Assembly (NCBI GenBank): GCA_002189035.1
Contig: NEEC01000334.1
Coordinates: forward strand, 1-28,738
Source of the DNA: Utricularia gibba
Taxonomy: Eukaryota > Plantae > Magnoliophyta
Reading direction: 5' to 3'
Length of the DNA stretch: 28,738 bases
Part shown: positions 1 to 9,626 of the stretch, in pieces
Position numbering within the stretch: the stretch's first letter is position 1
Layout of the letters: the number at the start of each line of letters is the position of its first letter
Program-made: the position numbers and the translations under genes
Notes under the pieces: model-generated
Seen by the model: only the letters and a program-made list of their open reading frames with translations
Databases searched by the model: none
What the model was told of the DNA's origin: nothing

Positions 1-102
1 CCGAGCTCGACTCGACCTCCTGCTCGATACCGTTGCCCCACGAGAGCGCCTTATCAAATATAAAGCATGCGGTTGAGAAAACCATTTTGGGTGCTCATGA
101 AT

Positions 103-145
103 CCTAACTTCAATAACTGCATCACGATTTTCGTCGAGTAGGACC
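103..145 (+). other. Near-invariant 43-bp box CCTAACTTCAATAACTGCATCACGATTTTCGTCGAGTAGGACC (first copy; present once per monomer)
   Basis: Identical in 92 of 94 copies by reading. Exceptions are a 2-bp deletion near 17610 and a 1-bp deletion near 19776. Confidence 0.9.
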
Positions 146-1978
146 CGATGTGGCAAAGGAGTCAGACCGAACCTTGGTCAGAACGAAGTTCCAAAAGACA
201 TCACCCGCCCAGAAACGACAAGCTTTTCCTTGAGAAACCATGTAGGCAGCCTATTAAAACCAACGTTAATAAATGCATCAATTTTTTTGCCGGCTACAAA
301 TGACTCTGGGCGAGCTCGACTCGACCTGCCGATACCGTTGCCCCACGAGAGCGCCTCCTCAAATACAAAGCATGCGATTGAGAAAACATTTTGGGTGCTC
401 ATGAAATCCTAACTTCAATAACTGCATCACGATTTTCGTCGAGTAGGACCGATTTGGCAAAGGAGTCAGACCGAACCTTGGGTCAGAACGAAGTTCACAA
501 CGACATCACCGCCCAAAAACGACAAGCTTTTCCTTGAGAAAACATTGAGGCAGCCTATTAAAACCAACGTTAATAAATGCATCAATTTTTTGCCGAGCTA
601 CAATGACTATGGGCCGAGCTCGACTCGACCCTGCTCGATACCGTTGCCCCACGAGAGCCCTTATCAAATATAAAGCATGCGGTTGAGAAAACCATTTTGG
701 GTGCTCATGAATCCTAACTTCAATAACTGCATCACGATTTTCGTCGAGTAGGACCCGATGTGGCAAAGGAGTCAGACCGAACCTTGGTCAGAACGAAGTT
801 CCAAAAGACATCACCCGCCCAGAAACGACAAGCTTTTCCTTGAGAAACCATGTAGGCAGCCTATTAAAACCAACGTTAATAAATGCATCAATTTTTTTGC
901 AGGCTAAAATGACTCTGGGCGAGCCCGACTCGACCTTTTGCCCGATACCGTGCCCCACTAGAGCGCCTCCTCAAATATAAAGCATGCGATTGAGAAAACA
1001 TTTTGGGTGCTCATGAAATCCTAACTTCAATAACTGCATCACGATTTTCGTCGAGTAGGACCAGATGTGGCAAAGGAGTCAGACCGAACCTTGGGTCAGA
1101 ACGAAGTTCACAACGACATCACCCGCCCAAAAACGACAAGCTTTTCCTTGAGAAAACCATTGAGGCAGCCTATTAAAACCAACGTTAATAAATGCATCAA
1201 TTTTTTGCGGCTACAAATGACTATGGGCCCGAGCTCGACTCGACCTCCTGCTCGATACCGTTGCCCCACGAGAGCGCCTTCAAATATAAAGCATGCGGTT
1301 GAGAAAACCATTTTGGGTGCTCATGAATCCTAACTTCAATAACTGCATCACGATTTTCGTCGAGTAGGACCCGATGTGGCAAAGGAGTCAGACCGAACCT
1401 TGGTCAGAACGAAGTTCCAAAAGACATCACCCGCCCAGAAACGACAAGCTTTTCCTTGAGAAACCATGTAGGCAGCCTATTAAAACCCAACGTTAATAAA
1501 TGCATCAATTTTTTTGCAGCTAAAAATGACTCTGGGCGAGCCCGACTCGACCTTTGCCGATACCGTGCCCCACGAGAGCGCCTCCTCAAATATAAAGCAT
1601 GCGGTTGAGAAAACCATTTTGGGTGCTCATGAAATCCTAACTTCAATAACTGCATCACGATTTTCGTCGAGTAGGACCCGATTTGGCAAAGGAGACAGAC
1701 CGAACCTTGGGTCAGAACGAAGTTCACAACGACATCACCCGCCAAAAACGACAAGCTTTTCCTTGAGAAACCATTGAGGCAGCCTATTAAAACCAACGTT
1801 AATAAATGCATCAAGTTTTTTGCCGAGCTACAAATGACTATGGGCCCGAGCTCGACTCGACCTCCTGCTCGATACCGTTGCCCACGAGAGCCCTTATCAA
1901 ATATAAAGCATGCGGTTGAGAAAACCATTTTGGGTGCTCATGAATCCTAACTTCAATAACTGCATCACGATTTTCGTC
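136..1978 (+). repeat. Dimeric higher-order block (X-Y)x3, ~612 bp period
   Basis: CCAAAAGAC/GACTCTGGGCG/CCTCCTC monomers (marker at 191, 801, 1417) alternate with CACAACGAC/CATTGAGG/GACTATGGG monomers. Confidence 0.8.
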
Positions 1979-3303
1979 GAGTAGGACCCGATGTGGCAAA
2001 GGAGTCAGACCGAACCTTGGTCAGAACGAAGTTCCAACGACATCACCCGCCCAAAACGACAAGCTTTTCCTTGAGAAAACCATGTAGGCAGCCTATTAAA
2101 ACCCAACGTTAATAATGCATCAAAGTTTTTTGCCGGCTACAAATGACTATGGGCCCGAGCTCGACTCGACCTCCTGCTCGATACCGTTGCCCACGAGAGC
2201 GCCTTATCAAATATAAAGCATGCGGTTGAGAAAACCATTTTGGGTGCTCATGAATCCTAACTTCAATAACTGCATCACGATTTTCGTCGAGTAGGACCCG
2301 ATGTGGCAAAGGAGTCAGACCGAACCTTGGTCAGAACGAAGTTCCAACGACATCACCCGCCCAGAAACGACAAGCTTTTCCTTGAGAAACCATGTAGGCA
2401 GCCTATTAAAACCAACGTTAATAAATGCATCAATTTTTTGCCGGGCTACAAATGACTCTGGGCCGAGCTCGACTCGACCTCCTGCTCGATACCGTTGCCC
2501 CACGAGAGCCTCCTCAAATATAAAGCATGCGGTTGAGAAAACCATTTTGGGTGCTCATGAATCCTAACTTCAATAACTGCATCACGATTTTCGTCGAGTA
2601 GGACCCGATGTGGCAAAGGAGTCAGACCGAACCTTGGTCAGAACGAAGTTCCAACGACATCACCCGCCAAAACGACAAGCTTTTCCTTGAGAAACATGTA
2701 GGCAGCCTATTAAAGCCAACGTTAATAAATGCATCAATTTTTTTGCCGGGCTACAAATGACTCTGGCCCGAGCTCGACTCGACCTCCTGCTCGATACCGT
2801 TGCCCCACGAGAGTGCCTTATCAAATATAAAGCATGCGGTTGAGAAAACCATTTGGGTGCTCATGAATCCTAACTTCAATAACTGCATCACGATTTTCGT
2901 CGAGTAGGACCCGATGTGGCAAAGGAGTCAGACCGAACCTATGGTCAGAACGAAGTTCCAAAAGACATCACCCGCCCAGAAACGACAAGCTTTTCCTTGA
3001 GAAAATGTAGGCAGCCTATTAAAACCAACGTTAATAAATGCATCAATTTTTTTGCCGGGCTACAAATGACTCTGGGCCGAGCTCGACTCGACCTCCTGCT
3101 CGATACCGTTGCCCCACGAGAGCGCCTTATCAAATATAAAGCATGCGGTTGAGAAAACCATTTTGGGTGCTCATGAATCCTAACTTCAATAACTGCATCA
3201 CGATTTTCGTCGAGTAGGACCAGATGTGGCAGGAGTCAGACCGAACCTTGGGTCAGAACGAAGTTCCAACGACATCACCCGCCCAAAAACGACAAGCTTT
3301 TCC

Positions 3304-3459
3304 TTGAGAAAACCATGTAGGCAGCCTATTAAAACCAACGTTAATAAATGCATCAAGTTTTTTGCCGAGCTACAAATGACTATGGGCCCGAGCTCGACTC
3401 GACCTCCTGCTCGATACCGTTGCCCCACGAGAGCACCTTATCAAATATAAAGCATGCGG
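3304..3459 (+). repeat. Sub-repeat half A (156 bp) of the monomer
   Basis: Begins TTGAGAAAACCATGTAGG. It aligns ungapped to half B (3460-3614) at 49 of the first 66 positions by hand count. Confidence 0.85.
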
Positions 3460-3614
3460 TTGAGAAAACCATTTTGGGTGCTCATGAATCCTAACTTCAA
3501 TAACTGCATCACGATTTTCGTCGAGTAGGACCCGATGTGGCAAAGGAGTCAGACCGAACCTTGGTCAGAACGAAGTTCCAACGACATCACCCGCCCAAAA
3601 CGACAAGCTTTTCC
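3460..3614 (+). repeat. Sub-repeat half B (155 bp here, up to ~159 in full-length copies) of the monomer
   Basis: Begins TTGAGAAAACCATTTTGG. It shares ATAA(A/C)TGCATCA and G(C/T)CGAG at the same offsets as half A. Confidence 0.85.
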
Positions 3615-6600
3615 TTGAGAAACCATGTAGGCAGCCTATTAAAACCAACGTTAATAAATGCATCAAGTTTTTTGCCGAGCTACAAATGACTATGGGCCCG
3701 AGCTCGACTCGACCTCCTGCTCGATACCGTTGCCCCACGAGAGCGCCTCCTCAAATATAAAGCATGCGGTTGAGAAAACCATTTTGGGTGCTCATGAATC
3801 CTAACTTCAATAACTGCATCACGATTTTCGTCGAGTAGGACCGATGTGGCAAAGGAGTCAGACCGAACCTTGGGTCAGAACGAAGTTCCAACGACATCAC
3901 CGCCCAGAAACGACAAGCTTTTCCTTGAGAAACGTAGGCAGCCTATAAACCAACGTTAATAAATGCATCAATTTTTTTGCCGGGCTACAAATGACTCTGG
4001 CCCCTCGACTCGACCTCCTGCTCGATACCGTTGCCCACGAGAGTGCCTTATCAAATATAAAGCATGCGGTTGAGAAACCATTTTGGGTGCTCATGAATCC
4101 TAACTTCAATAACTGCATCACGATTTTCGTCGAGTAGGACCCGATGTGGCAAAGGAGTCAGACCGAACCTTGGTCAGAACGAAGTTCCAAAAGACATCAC
4201 CCGCCCAGAAACGACAAGCTTTTCCTTGAGAAACTATGTAGGCAGCCTATAAAGCCGAACGTTAATAAATGCATCAATTTTTTTGCCGGGCTACAATGAC
4301 TCTGGGCCGAGCTCGACTCGACCTCTGCTCGATACCGTTGCCCCACGAGAGAGCCTCCTCAAATATAAAGCATGCGGTTGAGAAAACCATTTTGGGTGCT
4401 CATGAAATCCTAACTTCAATAACTGCATCACGATTTTCGTCGAGTAGGACCCGATTGGCAAAGGAGACAGACCGAACCTTGGTCAGAACGAAGTTCCAAC
4501 GACATCACCCGCCAAAAACGACAAGCTTTTCCTTGAGAAAACATGTAGGCAGCCTATTAAAACCAACGTTAATAAATGCATCAATTTTTTGCCGAGCTAC
4601 AAATGACTATGGGCCCGAGCTCGACTCGACCTCCTGCTCGATACCGTTGCCCCACGAGAGCCTTATCAAATATAAAGCATGCGGTTGAGAAAACCATTTT
4701 GGGTGCTCATGAATCCTAACTTCAATAACTGCATCACGATTTTCGTCGAGTAGGACCCGATGTGGCAAAGGAGTCAGACCGAACCTTGGTCAGAACGAAG
4801 TTCCAACGACATCACCCGCCCAAAAAACGACAAGCTTTTCCTTGAGAAAACCATGTAGGCAGCCTATTAAAACCAACGTTAATAAATGCATCAAGTTTTT
4901 TGCCGAGCTACAAATGACTATGGGCCCGAGCTCGACTCGACCTCCTGCTCGATACCGTTGCCCCACGAGAGTCCTCAAATATAAAGCATGCGGTTGAGAA
5001 AACCATTTTGGGTGCTCATGAATCCTAACTTCAATAACTGCATCACGATTTTCGTCGAGTAGGACCCGATGTGGCAAAGGAGTCAGACCGAACCTTGGGT
5101 CAGAACGAAGTTCCAACGACATCACCCGCCAAACGACAAGCTTTTCCTTGAGAAACCATGTAGGCAGCCTAATAAACCAACGTTAATAAATGCATCAATT
5201 TTTTTTTGCCGGCTACAAATGACTCTGGGCCCGAGCTCGACTCGACCTCCTGCTCGATACCGTTGCCCCACGAGAGTGCCTTATCAAATATAAAGCATGC
5301 GGTTGAGAAAACCATTTTGGGTGCTCATGAATCCTAACTTCAATAACTGCATCACGATTTTCGTCGAGTAGGACCCGATGTGGCAAAGGAGTCAGACCGA
5401 ACCTTGGTCAGAACGAAGTTCCAAAAGACATCACCGCCAGAAACGACAAGCTTTTCCTTGAGAAACCATGTAGGCAGCCTATTAAAACCCAACGTTAATA
5501 AATGCATCAATTTTTTTGCCGGGCTACAAATGACTCTGGGCCGAGCTCGACTCGACCTTTGCCCCACTTCAAATATAAAGCATGCGGTGAGAAAACCATT
5601 TTGGGTGCTCATGAAATCCTAACTTCAATAACTGCATCACGATTTTCGTCGAGTAGGACCAGATTTGGCAAAGGAGTCAGACCGAACCTTGGGTCAGAAC
5701 GAAGTTCACAACGACATCACCCGCCCAAAAACGACAAGCTTTTCCTTGAGAAAACCATCAGCCTATTAAAACCAACCGTTAATAAATGCATCAAGTTTTT
5801 TGCCGAGCTACAAATGACTATGGGCCCGAGCTCGACTCGACCTCCTACTCGATACCGTTGCCCCACGAGAGCACCTTATCAAATATAAAGCATGCGGTTG
5901 AGAAAACCATTTTGGGTGCTCATGATCCTAACTTCAATAACTGCATCACGATTTTCGTCGAGTAGGACCCGATGTGGCAAAGGAGTCAGACCGAACCTTG
6001 GTCAGAACGAAGTTCAACGACATCACCCGCCCAAAAACGACAAGCTTTTCCTTGAGAAACTGTAGGCAGCCTATTAAAACCAACGTTAATAAATGCATCA
6101 AGTTTTTTGCCGAGCTACAAATGACTCTGGGCCCGAGCTCGACTCGACCTCCTGCTCGATACCGTTGCCCCACGAGAGCCCTTCAAATATAAAGCATGCG
6201 GTTGAGAAAACCATTTTGGGTGCTCATGAATCCTAACTTCAATAACTGCATCACGATTTTCGTCGAGTAGGACCCGATGTGGCAAAGGAGTCAGACCGAA
6301 CCTTGGTCAGAACGAAGTTCCAAAAGACATCACCCGCCCAGAAACGACAAGCTTTTCCTTGAGAAACCATGTAGGCAGCCTATTAAAACCAACGTTAATA
6401 AATGCATCAATTTTTTTGCAGGCTAAAAATGACTCTGGGCGAGCTCGACTCGACCTTTGCTCGATACCGTTGCCCCACGAGAGCGCCTTCAAATATAAAG
6501 CATGCGGTTGAGAAAACATTTTGGGTGCTCATGAAATCCTAACTTCAATAACTGCATCACGATTTTCGTCGAGTAGGACCAGATGTGGCAAAGGAGACAG

Positions 6601-9600
6601 ACCGAACCTTGGGTCAGAACGAAGTTCACAACGACATCACCCGCCCAAAAACGACAAGCTTTTCCTTGAGAAAACCATGTAGGCATATTAAACCCAACGT
6701 TAATAAATGCATCAAGTTTTTTGCCGAGCTACAAATGACTGGGCCCGAGCTCGACTCGACCTCCTGCTCGATACCGTTGCCCCACGAGAGCCCTTCAAAT
6801 ATAAAGCATGCGGTTGAGAAAACCATTTTGGGTGCTCATGAAATCCTAACTTCAATAACTGCATCACGATTTTCGTCGAGTAGGACCCGATGTGGCAAAG
6901 GAGTCAGACCGAACCTTGGTCAGAACGAAGTTCAACGACATCACCGCGCAAAACGACAAGCTTTTCCTGAGAAACCATGTAGGCAGCCTATAAACCAACG
7001 TTAATAAATGCATCAATTTTTTGCGGGCTACAAATGACTCTGGGCGAGCCGACTCGACCTCCTGCCCGATACCGTGCCCCACGAGAGCGCCTCCTCAAAT
7101 ATAAAGCATGCGGTTGAGAAAACATTTTGGGTGCTCATGAATCCTAACTTCAATAACTGCATCACGATTTTCGTCGAGTAGGACCAGATGTGGCAAAGGA
7201 CAGACCGAACCTTGGGTCAGAACGAAGTTCACAACGACATCACCCGCCCAAAACGACAAGCTTTTCCTTGAGAAACCATGTAGGCAGCCTATAAAACCAA
7301 CGTTAATAAATGCATCAAGTTTTTTGCCGAGCTACAAATGACTATGGGCCGAGCTCGACTCGACCTCCTGCTCGATACCGTTGCCCCACGAGAGCCCTCA
7401 AATATAAAGCATGCGGTTGAGAAAACCATTTTGGGTGCTCATGAATCCTAACTTCAATAACTGCATCACGATTTTCGTCGAGTAGGACCCGATGTGGCAA
7501 AGGAGTCAGACAGAACCTTGGTCAGAACGAAGTTCCAACGACATCACCCGCCAGAAACGACAAGCTTTTCCTTGAGAAACTATGTAGGCAGCCTATTAAA
7601 ACCAACGTTAATAAATGCATCAATTTTTTGCCGGGCTACAAATGACTCTGGGCCGAGCTCGACTCGACCTCCTGCTCGATACCGTTGCCCCACGAGAGCG
7701 CCTTATCAAATATAAAGCATGCGGTTGAGAAAACCATTTTGGGTGCTCATGAATCCTAACTTCAATAACTGCATCACGATTTTCGTCGAGTAGGACCGAT
7801 GTGGCAAAGGAGTCAGACCGAACCTTGGGTCAGAACGAAGTTCAAAGACATCACCCGCCCAAAAACGACAAGCTTTTCTTGAGAAACCATGTAGGCAGCC
7901 TATTAAAACCAACGTTAATAAATGCATCAAGTTTTTTGCCGAGCTACAAATGACTATGGGCCCGAGCTCGACTCGACCTCCTGCTCGATACCGTTGCCCC
8001 ACGAGAGCGCCTCCTCAAATAAAAGCATGCGGTTGAGAAAACCATTTTGGGTGCTCATGAAATCCTAACTTCAATAACTGCATCACGATTTTCGTCGAGT
8101 AGGACCCGATGTGGCAAAGGAGTCAGACCGAACCTTGGTCAGAACGAAGTTCCAACGACATCACCCGCCCAAAACGACAAGCTTTTCCTGAGAAAACCAT
8201 GTAGGCAGCCTATTAAAACCAAACGTTAATAAATGCATCAAGTTTTTTGCCGAGCTACAAATGACTATGGGCCCGAGCTCGACTCGACCTCCTGCTCGAT
8301 ACCGTTGCCCCACGAGAGCGCCTCCTCAAATATAAAGCATGCGGTTGAGAAAACCATTTTGGGTGCTCATGAATCCTAACTTCAATAACTGCATCACGAT
8401 TTTCGTCGAGTAGGACCCGATGTGGCAAAGGAGTCAGACCGAACCTTGGGTCAGAACGAAGTTCCAACGACATCACCCGCCAGAAACGACAAGCTTTTCC
8501 TTGAGAAACTATGTAGGCAGCCTATAAAACCAACGTTAATAAATGCATCAATTTTTTGCCGGCTACAAATGACTCTGGGCCGAGCTCGACTCGACCTCCT
8601 GCTCGATACCGTTGCCCACGAGAGCCTTCAAATATAAAGCATGCGGTTGAGAAAATTTTGGGTGCTCATGAATCCTAACTTCAATAACTGCATCACGATT
8701 TTCGTCGAGTAGGACCCGATGTGGCAAAGGAGTCAGACCGAACCTTGGTCAGAACGAAGTTCCAACGACATCACCCGCCCAAAAACGACAAGCTTTTCCT
8801 TGAGAAACCATGTAGGCAGCCTATTAAAACCAACGTTAATAAATGCATCAATTTTTTGCCGGGCTAAAATGACTCTGGGCCCGAGCTCGACTCGACCTCC
8901 TGCTCGATACCGTTGCCCCACGAGACCTTATCAAATATAAAGCATGCGGTTGAGAAAACCATTTTGGGTGCTCATGAATCCTAACTTCAATAACTGCATC
9001 ACGATTTTCGTCGAGTAGGACCGATGTGGCAAAGGAGTCAGACCGAACCTTGGGTCAGAACGAAGTTCACAACGACATCACCCGCCCAAAAACGACAAGC
9101 TTTTCCTTGAGAAAACTATGTAGGCAGCTATTAAAACCAACGTTAATAAATGCATCAAGTTTTTTGCCGAGCTACAAATGACTCTGGGCCCGAGCTCGAC
9201 TCGACCTCCTGCTCGATACCGTTGCCCCACGAGAGCGCCTTATCAAATATAAAGCATGCGGTTGAGAAAACCATTTTGGGTGCTCATGAATCCTAACTTC
9301 AATAACTGCATCACGATTTTCGTCGAGTAGGACCCGATGTGGCAAAGGAGTCAGACCGAACCTTGGGTCAGAACGAAGTTCCCAACGACATCACCCGCCC
9401 AGAAACGACAAGCTTTTCCTTGAGAAACTATGTAGGCAGCCTATTAAACCAACGTTAATAAATGCATCAATTTTTTGCCTACAAATGACTGGCCCGAGCT
9501 CGACTCGACCTCCTGCTCGATACCGTTGCCCCGAGAGCGCCTTATCAAATATAAAGCATGCGGTTGAGAAAACCATTTTGGGTGCTCATGAATCCTAACT

Positions 9601-9626
9601 TCAATAACTGCATCACGATTTTCGTC

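Larger units (their letters stand above)
2902..6264 (+). repeat. Tetrameric higher-order block, ~1.23 kb period
   Basis: CCAAAAGAC marker at 2958, 4187 and 5421 (spacing 1229, 1234). Class order is TCTGG, TATGG, TATGG, TCTGG. Confidence 0.65.

Noticed and set aside
101-110. Telomere-like CCTAA motif
   Set aside because: It is a single pentamer per monomer, never tandem.
130-148. CENP-B box near TTTCGTCGAGTAGGACCCG
   Set aside because: It does not fit NTTCGNNNNANNCGGGN in either orientation. The required A and CGGG are absent at the correct spacing.
230-305. Phased A/T tracts implying 10-bp curvature
   Set aside because: Tract spacings in half A are roughly 21, 14, 15 and 16 bp, not a clean ~10.5-bp phase. 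A periodicity calculation would be needed to claim it.
1-313. Many 6-bp palindromes per monomer (AAGCTT, AACGTT, ATGCAT, GAGCTC, GCATGC, TCATGA, sometimes GGGCCC)
   Set aside because: About 7 observed versus about 5 expected per ~310 bp by chance, which is not a meaningful excess. They are useful only as restriction-ladder sites (HindIII, SphI once per monomer).
136-441. 5S rDNA or other small-RNA gene tandem array (similar unit size; short matches TCAGAAC, GAGTAG, GACCTCCTG to plant 5S as I recall it)
   Set aside because: The matches are 6-9 bp, out of order and wrongly spaced. There is no continuous 120-bp 5S-like region, and no tRNA A/B boxes or cloverleaf were seen.
3352-3485. Resemblance of AGTTTTTTGCC and CATTTTGGGTGCT to motifs I recall from grass CentO/CentC
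   Set aside because: These are short A/T-tract motifs, and their relative spacing does not match my recollection of those repeats. It cannot be supported without an alignment.
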